Source of the DNA: Candidatus Calidihabitans tengchongensis
Lineage (GTDB): Bacteria; Sysuimicrobiota; Sysuimicrobiia; Sysuimicrobiales; Kaftiobacteriaceae
DNA: 64,000 nucleotides
Assembly: GCA_031459615.1 (NCBI GenBank)
Contig: JAVKIE010000001.1
Coordinates: 66,300 to 130,299 of the forward strand
Reading direction: 5' to 3'
A program made the translations under genes and the position numbers. Under the pieces are notes generated by a model. The model saw only the letters and a list, made by a program, of their open reading frames with translations. It ran no database searches and was not told the DNA's origin. Positions 48,181 to 57,162 of the stretch are shown one piece after another. Within the stretch, counting starts at the first letter, position 1; each line of letters opens with the position of its first letter.

Positions 48181-49221
48181 CTAGTAGGCGAAGGGCCACA
48201 GGTCCACCTTGCGCTTGAGCTTGCGCAGCAGCATCGCCAGGCCTCCGGGCTCCCAGATCAGCAGGGCGATCAGGACCGTCCCGAACAGCACCTCCCGCAG
48301 CGGGATGACCACCTTCGCAAACGCGGGCACCACCGCCGTCAGGGCGGGGGTGGCGATCTTCAGCCCCTGGGACAGGGCCACCACGAACGCGGCCCCCAGG
48401 TGGGCGCCCCAGATGCTGGTCAGGCCTCCGATGACCACCATGGCCACGTAGTCGATGGACGCGCCGACGGTGAACTGCTCGGTGGTGATCAGCCGCTGGT
48501 AGTGGGCCCACAGGCTGCCGGCCAGCCCGGCGTAGGCGGCGGCCAGACCGAAGGCCAGGGCCTTGTAATGCAGCAGGGGGATCCCCAGGACCTGGGCCGC
48601 GTAGTCCCGGTCCCGGATCGCCATCCACACCAGCCCGACGCGGCTGCGGGCCAGGTTGGCCAGCGCCGCCCCGGCCAGCAGCCACACGCAAAGCAGCAGG
48701 TAGTAGAACTGGACCTCGGTGCGCACCACCCACCGCCCCACGCCCAGGGGCGGGACCGACAGCGCGCCCACCCCTCCGGTGGCGTGGATGAGGGCGTACT
48801 CGGTCAGGAACTGGAACGCCAGGGTGGCAATGGCCAGGTACAGGCCCTTGATGCGCAGCGACGGCAGGCCGACCACCATGCCGCCGGCGCAGGTCAGGGC
48901 CGTCGCCCCCACCATCGCCAGGGGCACGGGCAGTCCGGCGCGGGCCAGCGCCGCGGACCCGTAGGCGCCCAGCGCCATGAACGCCGCGTGGCCCAGGGAA
49001 ATCTGGCCGGTGAGTCCGGTCAGCAGCGTGAGCCCGCAGGCCCCGATGGCGAAGATGCCGATGGTGTTCAGCAGGAAGATGAACCGCCCCAGCCACACGG
49101 GCGCCAGGACCAGGGCGGCCACCAGCAGGACCATGCCCGCCCGGTAGCCAGGGCGATCCAGGATCGCCATGTCCTGGGCGTAGGTGGTGACAAAGGTGCC
49201 CGAGGGCCGGATGCTCATCAC
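48181..49221 (-). CDS. livM: branched-chain amino acid ABC permease LivM-type
   Basis: Polytopic permease, LivM family. Confidence 0.85.
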   Translation of the reverse strand: MMSIRPSGTFVTTYAQDMAILDRPGYRAGMVLLVAALVLAPVWLGRFIFLLNTIGIFAIGACGLTLLTGLTGQISLGHAAFMALGAYGSAALARAGLPVPLAMVGATALTCAGGMVVGLPSLRIKGLYLAIATLAFQFLTEYALIHATGGVGALSVPPLGVGRWVVRTEVQFYYLLLCVWLLAGAALANLARSRVGLVWMAIRDRDYAAQVLGIPLLHYKALAFGLAAAYAGLAGSLWAHYQRLITTEQFTVGASIDYVAMVVIGGLTSIWGAHLGAAFVVALSQGLKIATPALTAVVPAFAKVVIPLREVLFGTVLIALLIWEPGGLAMLLRKLKRKVDLWPFAY

Positions 49222-49257
49222 CCCCTCGTCGGGATGGTCCGGCCCCGCGGATCCACC

Positions 49258-50139
49258 CTACAGGCGCTCGATGTGCTCCGTTCCGAACAACCCGTAGGGC
49301 CGGACCAGCAGGACCAGCAGGATGACCACAAAGGGCGTGATGTCCTTGAACCCGTAGATCACGTGGGCGTCGATGTAGCCGCCCACCACCGTTTCCACCA
49401 CCCCGATGGCCAGCCCCCCCACGATCGCCCCGGGAATGCTGTCCAGCCCGCCCAGGATGACCGCGGCCAGGGCCTTGAGCCCCACGTGGGCCAGGGCGAA
49501 GTTCACCCCCAGCCACAGGCCCAGCAGGATCCCGCCCACCGCCCCGGCGGTGGCCGCAAACGCCCAGGCGTAGGCAAAGACCCGCCGCAGGCTCACCCCC
49601 AGGGTGCTGGCGGTCAGCTGCTCGTTGGCGGCGGCGCGCATGGAGATCCCCACCAGGGTGTACCGGAAGAACAGCCAGAACGCTCCCAGCAGGACGGCGG
49701 CCGTGGCGGCGCTGTAGACCCCCACGGCCTGCAGGGGGATCCCCGCCACCCGCACCACCCCCGCCGGCAGGACCGGGGGAAAGTTGCGCGTGCTGCCGCC
49801 CCAGATCCCCACCATCGCTCCCCGCACGATGTAGCCCAGGGCCAGGGTCACGATCACCACCGACAGCAGCGGCTGGCCGAACAGCGGCCGCATGATGGCC
49901 CGCTCCACGGCGAACCCCAGCGCCGCCGCGGCCAGCAGCGTGACCGTCACGGCCAGGGGGAAGGGGAGGACCTGGGCCAGGGCGATGGCCAGATAGCCCC
50001 CGAACAGGACCAGCTCCCCGTGGGCCAGGTTGAGGATCCTGGTGGATTTGTACAGGAGCGCGAAGCCCAGGGCGATCAGCGCGTAGATGCTGCCCACCGC
50101 CACCCCGTTGAGCAGGCCGCTCGCCGCAAACTCGATCAC
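49258..50139 (-). CDS. livH: branched-chain amino acid ABC permease LivH-type
   Basis: LNGVAVGSIYALIALGFALLY LivH signature. GTG start overlaps the upstream acyl-CoA ligase stop (GTGA). Confidence 0.85.
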   Translation of the reverse strand: MIEFAASGLLNGVAVGSIYALIALGFALLYKSTRILNLAHGELVLFGGYLAIALAQVLPFPLAVTVTLLAAAALGFAVERAIMRPLFGQPLLSVVIVTLALGYIVRGAMVGIWGGSTRNFPPVLPAGVVRVAGIPLQAVGVYSAATAAVLLGAFWLFFRYTLVGISMRAAANEQLTASTLGVSLRRVFAYAWAFAATAGAVGGILLGLWLGVNFALAHVGLKALAAVILGGLDSIPGAIVGGLAIGVVETVVGGYIDAHVIYGFKDITPFVVILLVLLVRPYGLFGTEHIERL

Positions 50140-52100
50140 GGCGCGTCCGGGACCTCCCGGATCTGGAGGGTGGTCGATACCTGGCGGGTGGTGCCGTCCT
50201 CGTAGCGCACCAGGAAGGTGGCGTCGAAAGCGGGCCGGCCCTCGCCCAGGGCGGCGATCAGGTCGCGGTAGCGCTCGGCGATGAACCGGCGTCGCAGCTT
50301 GCGGGTGCGGGTCAGCTCGTCGTCGTCGGGGTGGAACTCCTTGTACAGCGAGACGAACCGCCGCACCCGCCAGGCGGGCTGCAGGCGGCTGTTGACGTCC
50401 CGCACGATGCCCTCCAGCAGGTCCAGGACCTGGGGCTTCTGGGAGAGGTCCGCGTAGGACGTGTAGGCGATCCCCCGGTCCTCGGCCCACTTGCCCACGC
50501 TGCGCATCTCGATGGTCACGATGGCCGACAGGGTGGACCCGTCGGGGCCGCAGACCACCATCGCCTCCTGGATGTAGGGCGTGAACTTCAGCATGGCCTC
50601 GATGACCCACGGGCTCACCCGGGAGCCGTCGGCCAGCGTGATCACGTCCGACATCCGGTCGAACATGATCACGTCCCCGCTGGGGTCCAGGGTGCCGTAG
50701 TCGCCCGAATGCAGCCACCCGTCCCGCAGGGCCCGGGCGGTGGCCTCGGGGTTCTTGTAGTATCCCGCGAAGACGCTGGGGCTGCGGCTGATGATCTCCC
50801 CCTCCGGCGTCAGCCGCACCTCGGTGTGGGCGATGGGATAGCCCATGGTCCAGAAGCGCACCTGCCCGTCCCGGTGGACGCAGGAGATGCCGGCGATCTC
50901 GGTCTGCCCGTAGATCTGCTTGAGGTTGACCCCCAGGGCGTGGAAGAAGGCGAAGTAGTCCGGCCCCAGGGGCGACCCGCCGTTCCACGCCACCCGGATC
51001 CGGGCAAACCCGATCTTGTCGAGCAGGGGGCGGTACACCAGCCAGCGGGCCGGGACCCGCAGCGTCCGTACCCACCAGGGGACCGGCTGTCCCCGGGACC
51101 GCAGGTGCACCACCCGCAGGCCGAGGTCCAGGGCCCAGTCGTAGACCCGCCGCCGCAGCCAGCCGGCGTCCAGGATCCGCACCGTCACGGCGGTGTGGAG
51201 GCCCTCGTAGATCCGCGCCGGGGCGAAGGTGAAATGCGGCGCGATCTCCCGGAAGTCCCGCTGGGCGGTGTCGGGCTCTTCGGGGAAGTTGACGGTGAAC
51301 CCCACCAGCAGGTGCAGGGTGGTGGACAGCATCTGCTCCCCGATCCAGGCGAAGGGCAGGTAGGAGACGAACTCGTCCCCCGCGCCGATGTGGGGCTCCA
51401 CCGCGTGGAAGTTCATCCCCTGGGCGATGAGGTTGCGGTAGGTGAGCATGGCCAGCTTGGGCAGGGCAGTGGTCCCCGACGTCTGGCAGAAGATGGCCAC
51501 GTCGTCGGCCCGCCCCGCGTCCACCAGCCGGTCGAACAGCTCCGGCTCGCGGGCGTCCAGCTCCCGGCCCAGGCGCTCCACGTCGGCGACGCCGATCAAC
51601 CGGGGGTGGCGGTAGCGCCACATCCCCCGCCAGTCCTCCACGATGATCCGCTCGATCCCGGGCAGCTGGGCCTCCGCGGCCAGGATCTTGTCCACCTGCT
51701 CCTGGTCTTCGCAGAAGACGAATCGGGCGTCGGCGAACGCCAGCAGCTGGGCCAGCTGGTCCGCCAGGCTGTCCTGGTACATGCCGTAGGTGATAGCCCC
51801 CGCGCTCTGGGCGCCCAGGGCGGCGAAGAACAGCTCCGGCCGGTTGTCCCCGATCAGCGCGAGGACCTCGCCCCGCCGGAGCCCGAGCGCCACCAGCCCC
51901 AGGCCGACGGCCCGGGCGCGGTCGTAGTACTCCCGCCAGGAGATGGGCCGCCAGATACCCCGGTCCTTCTCCCGGAAGGCCGCCCGGTCGCCGAACCGGC
52001 GGGCGTTGCGGCGCAGCAATTTGGGGAAGGTGTCGGCGGCGGGGTCCAGGGGGAACTCCACCGCCGGCTGCGGGCGCTCGGCCACCCGGGCCGCGCTCAC
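50136..52100 (-). CDS. long-chain acyl-CoA synthetase (AMP-forming) embedded in the Liv-type ABC operon
   Basis: AMP-binding motif I TSGTTALPKLAM, motif II YGQTE, and a C-terminal domain. GTG start overlaps the livG stop (GTGA). Confidence 0.8.
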   Translation of the reverse strand: MSAARVAERPQPAVEFPLDPAADTFPKLLRRNARRFGDRAAFREKDRGIWRPISWREYYDRARAVGLGLVALGLRRGEVLALIGDNRPELFFAALGAQSAGAITYGMYQDSLADQLAQLLAFADARFVFCEDQEQVDKILAAEAQLPGIERIIVEDWRGMWRYRHPRLIGVADVERLGRELDAREPELFDRLVDAGRADDVAIFCQTSGTTALPKLAMLTYRNLIAQGMNFHAVEPHIGAGDEFVSYLPFAWIGEQMLSTTLHLLVGFTVNFPEEPDTAQRDFREIAPHFTFAPARIYEGLHTAVTVRILDAGWLRRRVYDWALDLGLRVVHLRSRGQPVPWWVRTLRVPARWLVYRPLLDKIGFARIRVAWNGGSPLGPDYFAFFHALGVNLKQIYGQTEIAGISCVHRDGQVRFWTMGYPIAHTEVRLTPEGEIISRSPSVFAGYYKNPEATARALRDGWLHSGDYGTLDPSGDVIMFDRMSDVITLADGSRVSPWVIEAMLKFTPYIQEAMVVCGPDGSTLSAIVTIEMRSVGKWAEDRGIAYTSYADLSQKPQVLDLLEGIVRDVNSRLQPAWRVRRFVSLYKEFHPDDDELTRTRKLRRRFIAERYRDLIAALGEGRPAFDATFLVRYEDGTTRQVSTTLQIREVPDAP

Positions 52101-52876
52101 GACGCCCCCTCCCCCAGGTACGCGCGGATCACGTCCGGGTGCCGCTGCACGTCGGCGGGCCGGCCCGAGGCGATGACCCGCCCGTAATCCATCGCCACGA
52201 CCCGGTCGCACAGGTCCATCACCACGCCCATGTCGTGCTCGATGAGGACGATGGGCAGTCCCCGGACCTCCTTCAGCTCCAGCAGGTAGCGGGCCATGTC
52301 CACCTTCTCGTCCAGGCTCATCCCCGCCATGGGTTCGTCCAGGACCAGGACCTGCGGGTCCAGGGCCAGGGCCCGCCCCAGTTCCACCTTCTTCTGGATT
52401 CCGTAGGGGAGGTCGGCCACCGGATGGTGGCGCACCGCCTCGATCTCCAGGAAGTCGATGATCTCCTCCACCACCGCCCGGTGGGCCACGTGCTCCCGCC
52501 GCGCGGGCCCCACGTACACCGCGCAGGCCAGGACGCCGGCGGTCATGCGGATGGCCCGCCCGGTCATGATGTTGTCCAGGACCGTCATCCCCGGATACAG
52601 GGCGATGTTCTGAAACGTCCGCCCGATGCCCAGCGCGGCCCGGGCGTGCGGGGGCAGGTCGGTGATGTCGCGGCCGCAGAAGGTGATCCGTCCGCGCTGG
52701 GGGCGATAGAAGCCGTTGATGCAGTTGAGAACGCTGGTCTTGCCGGCGCCGTTGGGACCGATGATACCCAGGATCTCCCCCGGGCCCAGGCCGAACGTCA
52801 CCCCGTCCACCGCCTGGACCCCCCGGAAGCTCAGGTGCAGGTCTGTGACCTGGAGGATGGGCTCCCCGCCGCCCAT
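52097..52876 (-). CDS. livG: branched-chain amino acid ABC transporter ATPase LivG-type
   Basis: GPNGAGKTS, Q-loop and LVLDEPMAGM motifs. Confidence 0.85.
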   Translation of the reverse strand: MGGGEPILQVTDLHLSFRGVQAVDGVTFGLGPGEILGIIGPNGAGKTSVLNCINGFYRPQRGRITFCGRDITDLPPHARAALGIGRTFQNIALYPGMTVLDNIMTGRAIRMTAGVLACAVYVGPARREHVAHRAVVEEIIDFLEIEAVRHHPVADLPYGIQKKVELGRALALDPQVLVLDEPMAGMSLDEKVDMARYLLELKEVRGLPIVLIEHDMGVVMDLCDRVVAMDYGRVIASGRPADVQRHPDVIRAYLGEGAS

Positions 52877-52955
52877 TGCCGTCTATTTACGGGCTTCCGG
52901 GACGGCCCTCCTCCACCAGGAAGCCGCCGGGCGGAGAGAAAAGAGGAACGTCCAG

Positions 52956-54206
52956 ATGAGACCGATCCAGCCCGACGTCTACGACCCCGCCGAGACCCAG
53001 CCGCCCGAGCAGCGCCGGGCGGCCCAGGAACAGGCCCTGCGCCGGATCCTCCGGCAGGCCGCCGCCCACGCCCCGGCGGTGCGCGCGGCGCTGCAGGCGG
53101 CCGGGTGCGACCCCGACACCATCACCCTCGAGGACCTGGGCCGGCTGCCGGTCCTGCCCAAGGAGGGTCTGCCCGCCCGGCAGGCAACCAGCCCGCCGTT
53201 CGGCGGATGGCTGGGGGCGCCTCCCGAGCAGGTCCGCCGGATCTTCGCCTCCCCGGGGCCCATCTACGAGCCCGAAGGACACCGCCCCGACTACTGGGGG
53301 TTCGCGCCGGCGCTGTACGCCGCGGGGTTCCGCCGCGGGGACGTGGTGGTGAACACCTTCTCGTATCACCTCACGCCGGCGGGGGCGATGTTCGACGGGG
53401 CGCTCCTGAGCCTGGGCTGCATCGTCGTTCCCACCGGCGTCGGACACCTGGACATCCAGGTCCGCACCCTCCAGGACCTGCGGGCGGCGGGATTCATCGG
53501 CACCCCCAGCTTCCTGGCGGCCGTCCTGGAGCACCTGGAGCAGTCCGGAGGACGGTCGCCGCTGCGGCGGGCATTTGTCTCCGGCGAGCCGCTGCCCGAG
53601 TCGCTGCGCGCCACCCTCGAGTCCCGCCACGGCCTGCGGATCAGCCAGGGCTATGCCATCGCCGACCTGGGGCTGGTGGCCTACGAATGCGACCGGCGCG
53701 CCGGGCTGCACCTGGCGGACCGGGTGGTGGTGGAACTCGTCGACCCGTCCACCGGCACCGCCGTGGCGGACGGGGAGGCGGGGGAGGTGGTGGTGACCTT
53801 TCTGGAGCCCCTGTACCCGCTGCTGCGGCTGGGCACGGGAGACCTGGCGCGCCTGGCGCCGGGGGGCTGTCCCTGCGGGCGCACCGCCGCGCGGCTGGAG
53901 CGCATCCTGGGCCGGGTGGGCGAGGCGGTGAAGGTGCGCGGGATCTTCCTGCACCCCCGCGAGCTGGAGGCGGCGGTGCGCCGCCATCCCCAGATCGGCC
54001 GCTACCAGGCGGTGGTCTCCCGCCGCGACCACCAGGATGAGCTGACGGTGCGGGTGGAGGCCGAAGGCGCGGCGGCCGATCTGGCCGCGGCCGTGGCCCG
54101 CAGCATCTACGAGGTCACGCGGCTGCGGGCGGCGGTGGAGGTGGTCTCCCCGGGCACCCTGGGACCGGACGACGCGCGGATCCTGGACCGTCGCCGGTGG
54201 GACTGA
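52956..54206 (+). CDS. phenylacetate-CoA ligase-like (PaaK / coenzyme F390 synthetase family) adenylating enzyme
   Basis: PaaK-family architecture. It lacks the long insert of the acyl-CoA ligase family (VVNTFSYHLTPAGAMF ... GYAIADLGLVAYEC). Confidence 0.75.
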   Translation: MRPIQPDVYDPAETQPPEQRRAAQEQALRRILRQAAAHAPAVRAALQAAGCDPDTITLEDLGRLPVLPKEGLPARQATSPPFGGWLGAPPEQVRRIFASPGPIYEPEGHRPDYWGFAPALYAAGFRRGDVVVNTFSYHLTPAGAMFDGALLSLGCIVVPTGVGHLDIQVRTLQDLRAAGFIGTPSFLAAVLEHLEQSGGRSPLRRAFVSGEPLPESLRATLESRHGLRISQGYAIADLGLVAYECDRRAGLHLADRVVVELVDPSTGTAVADGEAGEVVVTFLEPLYPLLRLGTGDLARLAPGGCPCGRTAARLERILGRVGEAVKVRGIFLHPRELEAAVRRHPQIGRYQAVVSRRDHQDELTVRVEAEGAAADLAAAVARSIYEVTRLRAAVEVVSPGTLGPDDARILDRRRWD

Positions 54207-54237
54207 GAGGGCGGCCTTTGAAGCCGCGCGTGCGTCC

Positions 54238-54249
54238 GTAGTATAATGG
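54238..54249 (+). promoter_or_regulatory. -10 element TAGTATAATGG upstream of rpsU
   Basis: TATAAT at 54244-54249. It resembles the TATAATGG box upstream of tRNA-Ala (33713). Confidence 0.4.
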
Positions 54250-54355
54250 CCCAGTGTCTAGCATCGTGCCGTACGGCCGGCGGTGGGCCGGGGCGCCGCC
54301 AGGCCGACGCCACCCGGGAGGAACCGCGGCGGGCGGCGCGGAGGAGGTGGGGGAG

Positions 54356-54526
54356 ATGACCGAGGTTCGCGTCGGCAAGGACGAGACTCTGGACAGCGCC
54401 CTGCGCAGGTTCAAGCGGCAGGTGAAGCGCTCGGGCATCCTCACCGACGCCCGCCGGCACGAGCACTACGAGTCGCCCAGCGCCAAGCGGCGGCGCAAGA
54501 TGGCACGCCGGCGCCGGAGGGGGTAG
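54356..54526 (+). CDS. rpsU: 30S ribosomal protein S21
   Basis: [29 protein letters not shown]...[32 protein letters not shown]. The ORF track starts upstream at 54254. Confidence 0.85.
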   Translation: MTEVRVGKDETLDSALRRFKRQVKRSGILTDARRHEHYESPSAKRRRKMARRRRRG

Positions 54527-54645
54527 GCCGTCCCGGCGGCCGGGCAGGGGAGGAAGATCTCTCGGCCGGTGTCGGGCCCGGGGCGGGATGAGGGTGCGGA
54601 GGGGGACGCGGTCCCCCTCCGCGCGTACGCGCGGGCAGAATCGCG

Positions 54646-55098
54646 ATGAGCCTCGCCGAGCGGCTGACGGCCGACCTCCATCAGGCCATGCGGGCCGGAG
54701 ACACCCTGCGGGTGTCCACCATCCGGCTGGCCCGGGCGGCGGTCCGCAACGCGGAGATCGAACGGGGTCACACCCTGTCCGACGACGAGGTGATCGAGGT
54801 CCTGACCCGGGAGATGAAGCGGCGGCGGGAGGCCATCGAGGCCTACACCCGCGCCGGCCGGGATGACCTCGCCCGCAAGGAGTCTCTGGAGCTGGCCATC
54901 CTGGCCGAGTACGTGCCCCCGCCTCTGTCTGCGGAGGAGTTGCAGCGCATCGTGGCCGAGGCCATCGAGCGCGTCGGCGCCCGCGACGCGCGGGACGTGG
55001 GCCGCGTGATGGCCGCGGTGATGCCCCAGGTGCGGGGGCGCGCCGACGGCGCCGCCGTGGCCGAGCTGGTGCGCCAGGCCCTCGGCCAGCCGCGGTGA
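54646..55098 (+). CDS. GatB/YqeY domain protein
   Basis: Classic partner gene downstream of rpsU. YqeY-like helical domain. Confidence 0.8.
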   Translation: MSLAERLTADLHQAMRAGDTLRVSTIRLARAAVRNAEIERGHTLSDDEVIEVLTREMKRRREAIEAYTRAGRDDLARKESLELAILAEYVPPPLSAEELQRIVAEAIERVGARDARDVGRVMAAVMPQVRGRADGAAVAELVRQALGQPR

Positions 55099-55122
55099 CT
55101 GCCGCCGCCGATCCGGACGCCG

Positions 55123-55599
55123 ATGCCGCCATCGCGGGGTCGCGTGCGTAAGCCCGTCCGACAGGCCCGCAGCGCCGGCGGGGTGGTTTTCCGCCGGCGG
55201 GACGGCCGGCACGAGATCCTCCTGCTGCGCCACACCAGCGGCCGGTGGATGCTGCCCAAAGGAACCATCGAAGAGGGGGAAACGCCCGAAGAGGTGGCCC
55301 TGCGGGAGGTGCGGGAGGAGGCCGGCCTGTCGCGGCTGCGGGTGGTGGCGGACCTGGGCGAGGAGCGCTACTCGTTCTACTGGCGGGCGGACCGCACGTA
55401 CTACGACAAGACCGTCCGGTACTTCCTGCTGGAGTTTCTGGGGGGCGAGGAGCCCCGCCCGCAGGCCGAGGAAGGGTTCGTGGCCTGCGAGTGGGTCTCC
55501 CCCGACGAGGCCCTGACCCGCATCGCGTACAAGGAGACCCGGGAGGTGGTGCGCCGCGCGCGGGACTACCTGGAGGGAGGATCCGATGCGCCCCGATGA
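55123..55599 (+). CDS. NUDIX hydrolase
   Basis: Nudix box GTIEEGETPEEVALREVREEAGL. Confidence 0.75.
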   Translation: MPPSRGRVRKPVRQARSAGGVVFRRRDGRHEILLLRHTSGRWMLPKGTIEEGETPEEVALREVREEAGLSRLRVVADLGEERYSFYWRADRTYYDKTVRYFLLEFLGGEEPRPQAEEGFVACEWVSPDEALTRIAYKETREVVRRARDYLEGGSDAPR

Positions 55600-56896
55600 G
55601 GCCGACCGCCTGGTCCAGCAGACTCTGGACAAGTACGCCCGCTACGTGAATCCCGGCCTGGCCCGCCTGTACCGGTTTGCCAACGTCCTGACCCTGGAGT
55701 GGGAGGCCAGCGGCGCCGTGATCCGGGACGTCTACGGGCGGGAGTACATCGACTGCTCGGGCGGCCCGGCGGTGTTCGCCGTGGGCCATCGGCATCCGGC
55801 GGTGGTGGCGGCCGTGCGGGAGCAGCTGGACCGGATGCCCATGTCCGTGCGGGCCATGCCCCGCCGGCTGGAGGCCGACCTGGCCGAGGCACTGGCCGAG
55901 ATCACCCCCGGCGACCTGCAGTACACCTTCTTCGTGAACAGCGGGGCCGAAGCGGTGGAGGGTGCCCTGAAGCTGGCGCGGCTGGCCACCGGGCGGACGG
56001 AGTTCGTCGCCGCCGAGGGGGCCTTCCACGGCAAGACCCTGGGCGCGCTGTCGGTGTCCGGGCGGGACGTCTACCGGGCGCCGTTCCAGCCGCTGCTGCC
56101 CGGGGTCACCCACGTGCCCTTCGGCGACCTGGACGCCCTGGCCCGCGCGGTGACCGAGCGGACCGCTGCCGTCATCCTCGAACCCATCCAGGGCGAGAAC
56201 GGGGTGATCGTCCCTCCCGACGACTACCTGCGGGGGGCCCGGCAGATCTGCGACCGCGCCGGGGCGCTGCTGATCCTCGACGAGGTCCAGACCGGCCTGG
56301 GGCGCACGGGGGCGATGTTCGCCTGCCAGCACTGGGGTGTGGTCCCCGACATTCTCACCCTGGCCAAAGCCCTGGGCGGCGGCGTGATGCCCATCGGCGC
56401 GTTCACCGCCCGCCCCCACCTGTGGGCCGCCCTGGAACGCAACCCCTACCTGCACTCCTCGACCTTCGGGGGCAACCCCCTGGCGTGCGCCGCGGCCCTG
56501 GCCACGCTGCGCGTCCTGCGGGAGGAGAACCTGCCCGCGCGCGCGGCCGCCCTGGGGGAGCACCTGATGGCGCGTCTGCGGGACCTGGCCGCCCGCCACC
56601 CGGGCATGGTCCGCCAGGTCCGCGGCAAGGGGCTGCTGGTGGGGGTGGAGTTCACCGATCCCGACCTGGTCCTGCTGGTGACCGCCGAGGCGCTGCAGCG
56701 CGGGGTGATCGTGTTCTACAGCCTCAACAACCCTTCCACCTTCCGCATCGCTCCGCCGCTGGTGATCGCGCCCGAGCAGCTGGACCGCGCGGTGGGGGCG
56801 CTGGAGGACGCCGTGGCGGCGGTGGAAGCCCTGCTGGCCGACGCGGTCGGGGAGCTGCGGGAACGCGGAAGCGCCGGGGCGCACACAGGCGGCTGA
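55586..56896 (+). CDS. class III (omega) aminotransferase, acetylornithine/putrescine aminotransferase-like
   Basis: PLP-fold I enzyme with the conserved lysine region ([11 protein letters not shown]). Confidence 0.85.
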   Translation: MRPDEADRLVQQTLDKYARYVNPGLARLYRFANVLTLEWEASGAVIRDVYGREYIDCSGGPAVFAVGHRHPAVVAAVREQLDRMPMSVRAMPRRLEADLAEALAEITPGDLQYTFFVNSGAEAVEGALKLARLATGRTEFVAAEGAFHGKTLGALSVSGRDVYRAPFQPLLPGVTHVPFGDLDALARAVTERTAAVILEPIQGENGVIVPPDDYLRGARQICDRAGALLILDEVQTGLGRTGAMFACQHWGVVPDILTLAKALGGGVMPIGAFTARPHLWAALERNPYLHSSTFGGNPLACAAALATLRVLREENLPARAAALGEHLMARLRDLAARHPGMVRQVRGKGLLVGVEFTDPDLVLLVTAEALQRGVIVFYSLNNPSTFRIAPPLVIAPEQLDRAVGALEDAVAAVEALLADAVGELRERGSAGAHTGG

Positions 56897-56952
56897 ACCG
56901 CAGGCGCGGCCGGCCGCGGGCCCGGGAGCGGCCCCGGCGTCCGGCGTGGACC

Positions 56953-56983
56953 TGGACAGGAGCGCCCCGCGTCCTGGTACACT
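56953..56983 (+). promoter_or_regulatory. candidate promoter for the alaS T-box leader (TGGACA ... TGgTACACT)
   Basis: -35-like TGGACA and extended -10 TGGTACACT. Confidence 0.35.
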
Positions 56984-56989
56984 AGGTGT

Positions 56990-57141
56990 GCAGACATCTG
57001 CACCCGCGAGGACGGGACTCGCCACCCCTGAGCGGGACGGCGCCGCCGTTACCGGCATCCGAGCGCCCCGGCCCCCGGGCCGGGGAAGAAGGGTGGTACC
57101 GCGGGAGCGCGCCTCCCGTCCCTTGCGGACGGGAGGCGTTG
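56990..57141 (+). promoter_or_regulatory. T-box riboswitch leader (Ala-specific expected) with terminator
   Basis: Canonical T-box sequence AAGGGTGGTACCGCGGGA at 57087-57104. A 12-bp terminator hairpin CGCCTCCCGTCC-cttgc-GGACGGGAGGCG follows, then TTGTGATT. A candidate GCC specifier lies in CTCGCCACC. It sits directly upstream of alaS. Confidence 0.75.
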
Positions 57142-57162
57142 TGATTGGGGGAGGGCCTGGGC

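Noticed and set aside
54527-54645. Perfect 9-bp GC hairpin GGAGGGGGA-cgcgg-TCCCCCTCC between rpsU and yqeY as a terminator or attenuator
   Set aside because: No downstream U-tract, and rpsU-yqeY are normally co-transcribed. It may be a processing or stability element but there is insufficient evidence.
54107-57058. 983-aa minus-strand ORF covering rpsU, yqeY, NUDIX and aminotransferase
   Set aside because: Antisense to four conserved genes. The translation is Arg/Pro/Gly-rich with no domains.
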